A DNA stretch of 64,000 nucleotides from Octopus sinensis. Its lineage: Eukaryota. Shown piece by piece: positions 12,050 to 24,475 of this stretch; within the stretch, counting starts at the first letter, position 1; each line of letters opens with the position of its first letter. The DNA lies in the NCBI RefSeq assembly GCF_006345805.1, contig NC_043024.1, positions 16,616,001-16,680,000 of the forward strand, given 5' to 3'. Below the pieces are notes generated by a model. The model saw only the letters and a list, made by a program, of their open reading frames with translations, made no database searches and was not told the DNA's origin. The position numbers and the translations under genes are program-made.

Positions 12050-12700
12050 TTTCAAGTAATACGAAACATTCACGTCTTGGATATATTTAGGAAGAACTTA
12101 ACAGGAATCAAAGTTTTGGACTTAAACGTAATTAGCAACCCCAATTTACCTGTAGTCAAATTTTGGGGCTTTGCTTTAGGCATCAAAACAGGTAAGTATT
12201 ATCCTCTGCAGAATGCTCAACGAAGAAAGCAAGTGAATTCATCTGAATTCCAGCTGCCCCATCTATAGTTAGGACCTCAGTAGTCAGAATTAATCGAAGA
12301 ATCTACAATCTGTTGTAAGAAAGTATCTCTGGAAAGCAATGATGTATTAGAAAGGATTAGCTTTTGTTAGCAGTAAATGTACACAAAGTATCTCTTAACC
12401 ACCCCAGAGCAAGTTAGAATTAAGAATAACTTGGTTCAATCCTCCGTTTAGCATAGATTTCTTTACGAGCAGCAAACATTTCATCTATTATTAAACACAA
12501 TTTTCCAAGCACTCATGTATACAACACGCTTTTTAATGTGCTCGAGTTTGAGGTTTGTTATTTCTATTTAGACAATGTTGCTTTCAGCAAAAACAAAAAG
12601 GCGTCTATCTATACAGCCCCTAACCTTGACACATTCATTCGAATGTAGAGAATTTAATTCACTTCTCCACTGAAGGAATTCTGTCTTTCCAAAGGAACGA
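12050..12700 (+). mobile_element. Penelope-like element relic (RT thumb, linker, start of GIY-YIG)
   Basis: APSIVRTSVVRINRRIYNL, RITWFNPPFS, HNFPSTHVYNTLFN and CR....SPLKEFCL match the PLE motifs IIWFNPPFS...KHFP..H...IFN and CNC...CPL..CL. Confidence 0.65.
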
Positions 12701-12741
12701 CACAAGACTTAGCCAACGACTAAAATAGGTTTACTCAGCAT

Positions 12742-12905
12742 ATACGTGGTCTGATCAATAAGTATCCGGACTGTTGCTATAGTAAAGAAGCTAAAGCACG
12801 TAGAGTAAAGCCGCTTGACACGGATTGACCTTCAAGTCTGCTGTGCATGCGCACTAAGTTTTAGCGTTCTAACTCACTTCCGCTGTTTACAGCTGTGCTC
12901 GGAAG
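12742..12905 (+). mobile_element. Mariner-like terminal fragment
   Basis: TA-cgtggtctgatcaataagtatccggact resembles irritans-type TIRs such as the one at 16140-16160. Confidence 0.5.
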
Positions 12906-13299
12906 AATTATGGAATAAAACTCGCCTCTGAATTTCTCATAAAAAATCTCTATTTTACGTTTAAATAATATATTACTAGAATACTCAATGGAGAAATCAA
13001 AAGATCTTAAAATTATAATGAAATGGCGGTGTTCTTTTTTTTTTTATATGAAAGCAAATTCAAAAATTTCGTACATAATTTCTTTGAACTGAGATTAGCA
13101 AAAGCCTCAGAGCTCATAGCAAACTCGAACTATTTAAAATAGACTGTTTTCATCCGGTAAGAAGTGTGAGATTCTGGAAAGTTTACAACAGTTTTCAAGT
13201 TCTTTAAAGAAGTATTAAACATCTTTATGTAATTTCAAAACTATCCGCGTGTCGTTCAATGAAACTACAAACGTTTATGTGTTAAGCAAAAACACATTT

Positions 13300-13500
13300 A
13301 ACAGACTATTATAACATTACAGACACTATGGCACCAACATATACAACTCTACAAATCAAGAAGCTAAAGCTATTGACAACACTTTTAAGATAGACAACAG
13401 AGGAAAATATTTAACCCATGCGTATTATTTAAAGACCACAAAAATATTCGTCTTGTAATTCCACTAAATCAAAGTAAAATTAGCAGGTATAACGTATACC
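13300..13500 (+). mobile_element. Penelope-like RT N-terminal fragment
   Basis: FKIDNR...HAY..LKDHKNIRLVIP...SKISR with one frameshift (PLE motif AFITLKDHK..CRLI.P). Confidence 0.45.
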
Positions 13501-13746
13501 TATGATACTTCAAATATAAATTCTTGATATATGTCGTTTTTTATGGAAGAGGCATAACAATTTTTGAATTTTTTAAGTATTAGCGACAAGCAATATTATA
13601 AGTTTTTGTATATGTGGTTTACAAGATTCTTTATGTGAATTTGTGTGTTGAAGCATATTTTGTTGTGTCTGAGGCGAGTCATTTTGTATTTGTTGCGCCT
13701 TATCAACTAACATACAGATTCTATTTCCACACACGTGTATGTGTGT

Positions 13747-14010
13747 GGAGGCACAATGGCCCTGTGGTTAGGACAGCGGACTCACGGTCGTAGGATCGCG
13801 GTTTCGATTCCCAGACAGGGCGTTGTGAGTGTTTGAGCAAAAACATCTAAAGCTCCACGAGGCTCCGGCAGGGAGTGGTGACGATCCCTGCTGTACTCTT
13901 TCGCCGCAACTTTCTCTCTTTCTTCAGTTGACCTGCTCGTTTAGCCAGCGGGTGGCGTCATTTGAAGGCTAAAACAATGCGAAGCGCATTGTGACCAGCG
14001 ATGTGTAGCA

Positions 14011-14012
<2 letters not shown>
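13747..14012 (+). mobile_element. tRNA-derived SINE, family C, CpG-intact
   Basis: tggcctgtggttaggacagcggactcacggtcgtaggatcgcggtttcgattccc head (A and B boxes). Confidence 0.85.
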
Positions 14013-14058
<46 letters not shown>

Positions 14059-14061
<3 letters not shown>

Positions 14062-14240
14062 TGTGTTTGTACCCGCACCATCACTTGACAACCGATGTTG
14101 GTGTGTTTACGTTCGGCAAAAGAAACCGATGGGATAAGTATTAGGCTTACAAAAAATAAGTCCTGTGGTCGATTTGTTCGATTAAAGGTGGTGCTCCAGC
14201 ATGGCCGCAGTCAAGTGACTGAAACAAGTAAAGGAAAATA
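14059..14240 (+). mobile_element. SINE family B, 3' half
   Basis: ttgacaaccgatgttggtgtgtttacg...ggtgctccagcatggccgcagtc. Confidence 0.85.
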
Positions 14241-14370
14241 TGTTCTTTTTTTCCAGAAGTGATCTACCTTGCTTTCAGAATCAGTAAGGAAGGCATAGAT
14301 TCCCTTCCAGAGAGAGTTGCTGCAAAGCAAGAGACTCCTGACCACCAAAGAAAAAAAAAATGCTACTAAA

Positions 14371-14580
14371 TTCTTTTCTACTCTAGGCACAAGGCCCGAA
14401 ATTTGGGGGAAGGGGACCAGTCTATTAGATCGAACCAGTACGCAACTGGTACTCAATTTATCGACTCCGAAAGGATGAAAGGCAAAGTCGGCCTCGGCGG
14501 AATTTGAACAACGTAAAGACAGATGAAATACCGCTAGGCATTTCGTCCAACGTGCTAACGTTTCTGCCAACTCGCCACCT
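14371..14580 (-). mobile_element. SINE family A
   Basis: Reverse complement of the family A head and core. Confidence 0.9.
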
Positions 14581-14963
14581 TCAAAATGCTACTAAATTAA
14601 AAGCTCACCTTGATCATTTACAGAATTTATCAACGATCACTGAGTCGTTGAATCGTTACCTTTTACTTTTTTCAGTCATTAGACTGCGATCATGCTGGAG
14701 AGTGCATCTACCCCGGGACTTTTTAAAGTCTTGTGCTTATTCTATCGAATTATTTTGCCGAACCGCTAAGTTATGGGGATGTAAACACACCAGCATCGGT
14801 TGTCAAGTGGTGGTGGGGAGAACACAGAATAAATATATATACACATACACACACACATACATTTGTGTGTGTATATATAAACAAACATTTGTTTTTAGTA
14901 GAAGCATCGAAATGTGTATTGCACGATACAAATAATAAAAACAAATGTTTCTTTATAATTATA

Positions 14964-16160
14964 CGAGGGGCGTAGTAGTAGAGCAACGAAACTTGGCACA
15001 GTTATTAGTCTTTTTCTACATAGGAACCACTCAGAGTTACGCATTTCTCCCATCATTTGATGCAGCTCTGGAGACCGTTTTTGTAGAAGACCTCAGCTTG
15101 GTCCTCCAACCACGACGTAACTTCAGAAATCAAGGCAGCAGCATCTGGGAAACACTTTCCTTTCAAAAACAACTTCATGGCTGGGAAGAGGTGAAAATCA
15201 GAGGGTGCAAGGTCAGGTGAGTAGGGGGATGGGGGAGGAGTTCATAGCCGCATGCCTGTGCTTCTGCTCTGGCGACATGCGAGTTATGGACCGGTGGGTT
15301 GTCCTGCAGGAGGAGGATGCCTTTGCTGATCTTGCCCTGCCTCTTGATTTTGATAGCTTCTCTTAATTTCCTCAAAAGTGAAGCATAATAGGCTCCTGTA
15401 CTCCGTCCTGGTCCCAGAAGACTGTGAGCATGACCTTGCCTTCTTTGGAGGAGGTGAGTCACACTGCTTCCACTGCATTGACTGGGCTTTGGTCTCTGGA
15501 TCATAGTGATGGACCCAGGTTTCATCCTGTGTATTCAGTCTTTTGAAAAATTTTGACTCATCTTCTTGGCACATCTCCAAATTCATCCTCGAGCACTCGA
15601 CGCGTTCTTGCTTCTGGAAAGGTGTGAGCAACCTGGGAATCCATCTGGCAGACACCTTTTGCATATGCAAATGGTCATGAATGATAGTTTCCACAGACCC
15701 GGTACTAATCTTGACCTCATGGGCTATTTTGTGAATAGTTATGCGTCGATCTTCCAAAATGGCAGCCTCAACTTGACGGACAGATGCCTCATCAATGGCA
15801 GAAGTGGGGCGACGTGATCTGGGAGCTGTTTCCACAGAGTTCCGACCATGTTTGAATTCACGATGCCAGCGTTTTACAAGGTCATATGATGGGGCATCAT
15901 CACCATAAGTTACTTTCATTTCATCAAAAGTCTCCCGTGGTGTGCGTCCTTTCAAATACAATAACCGGATCACTGCTCGACACTCAACAGGCTCCATTTC
16001 ACACTTGACTCAGTTCAAACACCTGTAAATCAGAAACCACAATTAGTTCAGAGCTGTAATTTGCCACTTACTCTGTAGAGATATAAATGATTGCACATGC
16101 AAAATTTTAGATCAAACAACTGCAAGTGGGTCAGGGGCATTACTTATTGAACGTCCCTCG
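14964..16160 (-). mobile_element. Mariner DNA transposon (DD34D, probably irritans subfamily), near full length
   Basis: TA dinucleotides flank both ends. TIRs cgaggggcgt / acgtccctcg, with the left TIR partly deleted. Confidence 0.92.
15005..15997 (-). pseudogene. Mariner transposase, frameshifted
   Basis: MEPVECRAVIRLLYLKG...KVSARWIPRLL...TQDETWVHHYDPE, then GKVMLTVFWD, LLLQDNPPVH, LPHPP-YSPDLAPSDFHLF, ending YVEKD* at 15005. Confidence 0.92.
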
Positions 16161-16189
16161 TACACATGTTGTTCAATAAGCTATTGAGC

Positions 16190-16390
16190 GTCTTCCTGTT
16201 TCTCTTGTACCTGTATTTCAAGGGGCCAGCCTTGTCACACACTGTGTCAAGCTGAATTTCCCCGAGAACTACGTTAAGGGTACGCGTGTCTGTGAAGTGC
16301 TCAGCCATTTGCACATTAATTTCAGGAGCAGGCTGTTCCATTGATCGGATCAACTGGAACCTGCGTCGTCGTAACCGACGGAGTGCCACG
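16190..16390 (+). mobile_element. SINE family C, 3' part
   Basis: ccagccttgtcacac...gagaactacgttaagggtacgcgtgtc...ggatcaactggaacc, also at 49850-50010. Confidence 0.85.
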
Positions 16391-16394
16391 TACG

Positions 16395-16453
<59 letters not shown>

Positions 16454-16479
16454 ATATATATAATATATATATATATAAA

Positions 16480-16675
16480 GTTAATCCAAACATGAAAACA
16501 CAAGGAGAAAATACAACAACGTGAGGACGTGGAACAAGTATAGTATTATTGGACGCTCAGGAAAAAAGGTGTGTTTAACGTTTCGAGCGGAGCTCTTCGT
16601 CAGAAACATAGGAAAAGGAAAGATCCAAAGAAGGGATGACGGAGGGGAAAAAATCGCCAACGGTACACACACACA
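16480..16675 (-). mobile_element. Short Penelope pLTR-like repeat carrying a hammerhead motif
   Basis: Homologous to 61930-62132 (+) and contains CTGACGA...GAAAC. Confidence 0.65.
16573..16607 (-). ncRNA. Minimal type I hammerhead ribozyme motif
   Basis: Minus strand GTTT-CTGACGA-A-GAGC-TCC-GCTC-GAAAC-GT-T-AAAC: intact core, 4-bp stem II, 4-bp stem I, palindromic AACGTT in place of stem III. Confidence 0.7.
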
Positions 16676-18789
16676 TATATATATAGTGTCTAGGGAGAGA
16701 CCTTATACCAATATAATTAATACATACATTTCAATTTCACTCGTTAAATATCTGGTTGTTTTTGTTTGTCAAAGCTCTTGCAACGAAAGAACTTTATATA
16801 ATATTACATATGTATATAATATAATATTTATATTATGTGTGTGTGTGTGTGTGTGTATTCCAGCAGAGAAAAGGATATGAAATGAGCTTAGAACTGGTGT
16901 GGAGAGGGCGCGGCCATTTCGATGCACGGTTTAATGAGAAACAAGAGTTGTGTTGCAGATTCAGCATTGTTTTGCTGCTTCCAAGGAAGTGCAAAATGGG
17001 GTTGAAGTATGCGCAAATGTCAGAATTCATATTTTAGACTATTTTCATGAAAAATATCTTTTCTGATAAAGAAATATTAATAGAGACGATGGGCTTTGAG
17101 CCCGACTCAATACGAGCGGTTGAAAATTAGATAGGCTTAGAAAAGATACAATATTATAACTGAGCTGGTCCTTTAGTGTAGCTCTGTCTCTGGTATAATT
17201 ACAATTTCTTGGTTCCAATGAGTCATGTATAAGTAGTAGAAATAAATACAAACGAAGAAAAAAAAAACGAGTTGCAACTAACTGCTGCACTTTTATTCAA
17301 CCGCTGAATGAATCGGTGCAGCAAACGTTGGTTCATCTTGAATGATAGTGTCTGAAGAAAATATACATAATTGTTTCTCATTCAGTTAGAACTTGGTGAT
17401 GTGTACTGGGCAGAACAGGAAGAGAAATACGTGACATGACTTCTTGGAGTCTCTCAAACCCGCTCTGTTTATAAGCGTAATGGCCACATGTACTGGGTCA
17501 AGGCTACCAGGAAATCACTCTCCTCTCTTTATCGAGATCCGAACTCAACCATGTCTACCCACCTCACTGAAGAAAAGTGAGTGCTATCTAAGCATGCAGG
17601 TAGATAATTTTGCCGCGCTAGGTTGGTCTGTCATGTGGTGGGATTGGATAGCCCATGTAAAACCAGGACTCAATCGCTGTATACACCATTACGTGGCCAG
17701 ATCATACGACCACTCGTAGAAAACATTGCGTTTGGGCAAATTTCCCTATATTTAAGGCTAGGCAGCCGAATGATGGACATACTTCTGCTACGATAATTTT
17801 AAGAACTACAGTTAATGTTACAATTAGCAGAGTTTGATAGTTATATTTATTACACACCCCTTTAAGCTTAGAATACAAATAAATACCACCCCAACCGAAA
17901 ACCCAATGAAAATTTTTTTTATATAAATAAGAATTCCAATCACGTGCTAATTGTTTCACGAAATTTAATTCCTGATATTGGTAAATGTACGTATTTCTTA
18001 AGATTTCTGGTGAAGCCACGTTTACGAACTCTCCATTAAGTTAATGAGGATCTTCGCAATAATGGCCTTTCAGACAGAGCACAATATATTACCCACGCTA
18101 CTTTCTAAAAGTAAGAATTGACCAAGACACATTCTGTGGTATAATCTAATAATCAGCTGAAGTGCAAGAATATAATGTCCTTAACGTAACCACTTTTCAA
18201 AAGTAGTGTAACTACTTTACGAAAGTAATGTGTGAGAACATTTCATTTTATAAGCGAACATAGATGCATCGAGTGAGCAGATATTTGTGTCAGGAATCGT
18301 TTAAGCTCAGTGGTACAAAAGTGCTCAGCCGGATTTTCTGGGTAAAGAATTTGATTCTGTGTAGCAGCTGCTAGTCACTTTTCCCCCATGCAAAAAATTA
18401 TTTTTACAGCTATTTTCCTGCATTCTAGCTTTCCTTGATTTCTACCAACAGTAATATTTCAATTTTCATATCGGGTTAATTGAAAACAAGTTGGATTTGC
18501 GATTATACTTCATATCCATTCTTTTGAGCTTCAAAAATGTTTTTTCGTTTTAAAAAAGTTTATCCAACTACATATGGTTTCTTAATTTAGTCCATTCAAG
18601 TTCAAAGTAAAATAATTTATCTGTGGTCATTGTCGTTTAATTAAGCATACCTCCTTCCAATAGAACATACGTTTGCAAATTGTTTAATTCTGAAACTCCA
18701 ACTCATTAGTGTATCATTTCTGTTGAATACATTTGTCTTAAAAAAAAAGATACCCAAAAATGCAGCACCAAGCGCTTCAACTAGTCGCA

Positions 18790-21190
18790 AATCACAAGGT
18801 TTAACAGAACCTACTGAAGCTAACATGCTCGCAGCATTACCACGGGCGATAGCGATGCTAAGGCATTGGTAAAGCTAAGCGCCTTCATGGGCTTCGCCTG
18901 ACACCTCGGTGAGGCGAGCTGCCAACGTTGACAAGCACTTCGCAGTTAGTGGCCCAGTCCCTCCAAAGGTTGGAAGAGATACTTAGTTCATTGTCAGATC
19001 CGGATACTTCACAAGGTTTTTTTCCCGTTCGGCTCCAGAAACAGTGACCCTCCCATTAACTGCAGCATCCAGGATATGGGAGAGAGCAAAGGAGTCCCAA
19101 ATGAGGTACATACACCTAACTCAGTGACAGAGGGCAAGACCATTTGGTTTCTTTCCATCACTTTCCCTAACGCCTCCAGAACTGAGGGAATATTAATCTG
19201 ATCCAGGGCTTGCTTAATGATTAGGTTTAGCTCGCTGTGACGAGCGAAGCGATCAGCATTCAGGCGGCAAGACAGACTGTGAAGACCTGTGGGGTCGAGG
19301 GGCCTACCACAGCAGCATCGCAGTCCCCTACAGATGCCATCTCCCACTCCGAGTGCAGTGGAGATGCGGAGTTAATCTAGACTGAGTAGACCTCCAATGT
19401 TGACCACAGGCAGGGCATCAAACCAGTTCCCCGAGAATTTTGCACTAGAAAGTAAGTGACACCTCGAAAATTGATCAGATCGACCAAGGAGAGAGTTGAA
19501 AGTCGCACCTGAACGCAGATTGTCCCATTGTTTCCGACTATCCTCAGTTGTAACAGGAACTAACAAACCCAGCTCTCTCCACTGTAACAGAGCATCATCC
19601 ATCTCCCTGTTGGAATTATTTCATGTTGGAGAGGAGAAGATGTTAGGAGAGCTTCCCAAACAAGCACCATCGAGGGACCAGACACTTAGGTCTAGGTCGG
19701 CTCCGATCTTGGTAACATTATCAATACTTAAAGCGAATAGGGTCACCATAGGAAGATGGGATTAGGTGATCCCGATAGGCTTGCGAAGCAAAGTGATGAA
19801 GTGGTGGGGATCCTCCATTACTGCGCGGAGGCTGACGTCCCGACTGATGGAGTTAAAAACATTCTTAATGTCTAGTTTGAGGATGACCTCTGGGAACTCA
19901 GAGAGCAGGTTGGTGAAAGCCTTGGTGGAATGAGTAGCAGCCTCACAACCTAGCTTAGTACCTACTCCTAGCTGAATAGGGGAAATTCCTCGGACAGGCA
20001 GTTAGAAACTGAGGACAGGTACACTTTTGCTGTGAGCCGTCACAGAGTACGACCAACTGCTGTGGGGAAGGGGTCACCCTGGGACTTGAGGAGACCAAAT
20101 AGTTTGGCCCCCAAAGAACAGGGGACGAATGTCGGCAAGAGCACTCTTGGACGAGAACAAGTTTATGAACTGTGCTTGGTTCTCCAAGAGTTCGAGCCCA
20201 ACACCACCAGCTGACAGAGAGATACCATCCTTGAAATGCTGAGGTCGTAGGCCATCGATCCCAGCACCAGACTCGTTTGAAAGGAGGCAATTGCCCTCCT
20301 GGCATTGTCAGGGGGTGAAGATGGGTTGTAGAAAACTTGGTAGGTCGGGCCAGTGTAGGTGATCATCTGGAGAGACCGGAGGATGTTTCTCCTTCAGTTG
20401 ATTGAGGGGGTCTATGGAACACGGGAAACAGGAGAAAAGAGAAGAAAGAAGGTGAGCAGCATCTTCAATGTCAAATTCGCTTCTTTAAGTCAGGTGATCG
20501 ACCATTGTTTGGGGTTGAGCTGATGATCGATCTGAGATGAACAGTGGTTGGGGTAGATTCGAACAGCTCAAACTGCCGTTTCAGGGAAGAAGGGAGGGGT
20601 CCACTATTCCCATTCGTCACATGGAAAGAGACCAAATGGAATAGGAACAGTTTCAGCTGATCCGAGTTGTTGGATAGGCAGACGCTTTTCAGCAGTTTCG
20701 AGAGAGCACGGGCGAAACATGTGCGAGTACCCTTAGGGACCCGATTGACGAGCTTGAGCCTGGAGGGCGGCGGCAAAATCTTCAACAGGGATCTGGACTT
20801 CAGAGCAGGGTTCTGTCCTACGAAGGATGTCAGAGCTGAAGTGACATCGGTTGCACGTCCAGTTAGATAGAGAAATTTTCTGCTTGAACTTTCGTAATGC
20901 CGACGCAACTCCTGTGGTGACTTAGACTACACAAGTGGCATTTGATGGTCTTCAAATAGCGATTTGTACGTGTGCAGAGAACACAGCTTGGGGGGGGGAC
21001 TGGCAGTATCAGTGGGATCAGCATTAAAACTAAAATTCAGAAACTTGAAGGGTGAGGTGGGGGAGAATGGCGCCGGAGGTAGAGGGGGTAGCCGAGTGAA
21101 CAGCATTAACTCAGGTGGTGGCACTCTGTTGGGGTGCAGAAGGCGATGCAACCAGGCTGACTGTAAGGGGAGAGGTGGGGTGAATTAGGG
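18790..21190 (-). mobile_element. CRE-clade non-LTR retrotransposon (Zn finger, RT, CCHC, REL), internally deleted
   Basis: KCHLC...LRRH; LVNRVPKGTRTCFARALSKLL; DGLRPQHFKD; GAKLFGLLK...TAVGRTL*RLTAK; PIQLGVGTKLGCEAATH; ILKLDIKNVFNSISR; SVWSLDG (YLDD); CCCGRPLDPTGLHSLSC...RHSELNLIIKQAL; SGE...LYQCLSIAIARGNAAS. Confidence 0.85.
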
Positions 21191-21471
21191 GAGGTGGCAG
21201 AAACGTTAGCACGCTGGGCGAAAGGCTTAGCGGTATTTCGTCTACCGTTACGTTCTGGGTTCAAATTCCGCCGAGGTCGACTTTGCTTTTCATCCTTTCG
21301 GGGTCGGTCTGTCCTTGTTTGTCCTCTCTGTGTTTGGCCCCTTGTGGGTAGTAAAGAAATAGGTATTTCGTCTGCCGTTACGTTCTGAGTTCAAATTCCA
21401 CCGAGGTCGACTTTGCCTTTCATCCTTTGGGGGTCAATTAAATAAGTACCAGTTACGCAGTGGGATCGATA
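21191..21471 (+). mobile_element. SINE family A with internally duplicated core
   Basis: Two ggtatttcgtct...gtcgactttgc cores at ~21232 and ~21362. Confidence 0.9.
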
Positions 21472-23647
21472 GGTTAACGTTTACAATTTGATCCGGAAAC
21501 GAAAATCAGAAAAAAATAGTGCAACGGGTGTAAGAAAAGGGGCAAGCTGTAAACATTAACCGAAACAAAATTGAAGCCAAAACATTAAAAGTTATTGAAA
21601 GTGGGTAGAAATAAACAGTACGTAGTGTAATCGTACTAAGCTAGGGTATCTGTAGAAAGTTGAATTTGATTTTGGAATATAACGAAGAAAAATTCGGATC
21701 TTGGGAATTTTCCGAAAGTCCTCTCCCCACCTCAAGATTTTCCCCATAAATTACTTTATAATCGTAATGTATGCCGTTTGAAAGGTATTCATATACAATT
21801 TCATAGAAAAAAACCCCATTTTCCTAAAAGTTACAAGGGAAAACTTGTGAATTTTCCGACGTCCTCTCCCCAACCTCCCGTTGCTTTGCGCGTTTTTTTT
21901 TCTTTTTCTCATATTCGTTTCCTACATATTTTTTTTTAAACACTCATTGCACTATTTTTTCCGGGCCAAGTTGTAAACATTAACCATAAACATTATTATT
22001 ATTAATTTAACTTCAGTTATTTAGATACTGCGTGATCAATGTTTATTTTGTTAGTGAGTGGCAGGTATAAAGAGAGACGTGTATATGTGTATATACATAT
22101 ATGATTTTGTGTTTGTATCAATACCTACAGCACTCTTTAAAAGTAAAACCAAGAGAGGCCCTAGACCTTTGAACAAAAACTAATAATCTCGTACGCACCG
22201 TCAGCCATCTTGCACAATGATTGAATCCCGTGCATAGAGAGAAGATCGAATACACCTTCGAACAATGAACCTTCCACAAATCCTGAACGAATATCGTCTC
22301 AATTACAGCTACATACTGTGCACAAAATGTTTTCCCATTGGAAAATTCAAATGCAGAGGAATTTTTTCCCCCCTTATCGCTGATATTTCAGTTTGTGTCA
22401 TTTGGAGTTGTCGACGTTCAAGTATTACCGACTCCCCTCCACTATTTTGGGCTTCCAAGCGTCCTCGATAGATAGCGAAATTAACTTAGCACATATCTGT
22501 GGAACTTATACTTACATCTTTTGCGTGTTGGGAATAGCGTTAGATTGCAGCCAAGTATCGGTGAATGGCTAAGAGCTTAATCCGTTACAGAGCTTAATCC
22601 GACTATCGCGGGTGTTACGTTCTCAAACACACCGCGATAGGTGACAATCCGCGAAGTAGAAACAGTACTGTATTGTATATATTTAAAAAATTATTTTTAT
22701 AATTTGTATATATTCATTTTATTATAAATGCAAAACAACACCACGGAAGGATAGACGTAAGCTTAAATAATAAACGGCGATGGGTGAACCGCAATATGGC
22801 GAAGGATTACTGTATTCCAGTTTGTCGTAGTGGAGGAAACTTGTAACCATCCCAGTTTTATTGGCCAGGTATAATATGTTTTACATTTTTTTTAAAAAAG
22901 AAAGATGAGGTGTGATTTGGGTGAGATGTGCCTGTTACAGCTGGTCATACGTAGCATAGAGACCTTCAGCCTTCATGACAATTTTATTGCCATCATTATC
23001 ATTAAATGTCCTTTTCCCATGCTTTGCAAATGGAACTTGGACTTACATGTCACACCTGCCCTTAAGACAAATGTATTCAACAGAAATGATACACTAATGA
23101 GTTGGAGCTTGAGAATAAGTTTTACTTAGTTATATTTTTATTCTCCAAAAATGGTTATAATTTTTGGAATTTGCACGATAAACTGCAATTATGTAGATAT
23201 TTTCAATGAAACTGGATTGTATAATTATAAAAAAAATTAAGAGGGATTTTTACCCTATTTTATTTCAAGATTTGTATATCTTAAATGGAAGATCTGAATA
23301 GTTAGTTTCGTGTCAACACGCCTCCAAATGTTTTGCATCTATCTAGCTTCTAATGGTTAATCTCTGATCTTTTTAACGATTGGATTTTTCGAACCCATTT
23401 TTTTCGGAGAGTTTCCGTTGCCCATTTTTGCCCTTGCACAATTAGGCCTTCGTTCACGCCAGCCTTTACAAGTTTTCTTTTCATCTGTCTTCATTAAATA
23501 TACTTTTCCTTTTCTTTCTACTCTCTCATTTAGATATGTCTTTCATATTTTTCACATACACTTTTTCACTACTTTTTCTTTTCTTTTTTAACTAGCAAAT
23601 TCGGTGGACGTAAAGAATGTAGACCGCAATCATATTCGTAATTTTTC

Positions 23648-23936
23648 TTTACCGAATCCCCCATTTTCGAGTAGAGAGATTCTGGTTCTGCAAAAGAAGA
23701 AGAAGAAAGAAAAAAAAACGGCATTTTAAAATTTTAATTACCCCCACTCCAAAATTCTTCAATTTTCACTTTTTCAGAAATTTTGTTATGTGAAATACGT
23801 AGAAAAATACGGAGATTATGATTCTAAAAAAAGTGAAAATTGAAGAATTTGGTTGGTAGGCGGATTAATATTTTAAAACACCTTTTAGTTTTGTAGAATC
23901 AGAATCTCCGTACTCGAAAATGGGGGATTCTGTAAA
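23648..23936. repeat. Foldback/MITE-like element with nested inverted segments
   Basis: gaatcccccattttcgagtagagagattctggttctgcaaaa pairs with ttttgtagaatcagaatctccgtactcgaaaatgggggattc; inner pair aattcttcaattttcacttttt / aaaaagtgaaaattgaagaatt. Confidence 0.75.
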
Positions 23937-24297
23937 TTCTTTCTCACCAATTCTTTCTTACCATCTCTTACCTTATTTGGGGAACCACAATTACATTGTT
24001 AACCAATAATCTTCTCTCGTCTGAGCATTTAAGCATCTTTACTCTAATACTTCGAAATATCTTTCCTGTGTCCCTTTTTTTTCATAATTATCCGACGATC
24101 AGAACCGAAGAACTCAGGGTAATGGTATGTGAAGTTTCAGCTTCCATTGAAATACGCAAATGCCCCACGATGAGCAACAGGAGAAATTACATCTACCGCC
24201 TGTTGTACACCTACAACTGCTGTTACGATCATAAGATCTTTGGAAATGATAGTATATCATTGTCACTGACGCGCTTGGTACTCGACTGCCACAACGA

Positions 24298-24475
24298 CAA
24301 TGGCCCAGTGGTTAGGGCAGCGGACTCGCGGTCGTAAGAACGCGGTTTCGATTCCCAGACCGGGCATTGTGAGTGTTTATTGAGCAAAAACACCTAAGAT
24401 CCACGAGGCTCCGGGGGGGGGGGGCTGAACCCCGCTGTACTCTTTCACCACAACTTTCACTCTTTCTTCCTACTT
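24298..24475 (+). mobile_element. SINE family C, CpG-intact
   Basis: Same head as the copy at 13747. Confidence 0.85.

Noticed and set aside
17440-17760. Tc1-like relic (GWSVMWWDWI resembles GGSVMVWGGI)
   Set aside because: A single weak motif with no TIRs or DDE triad.
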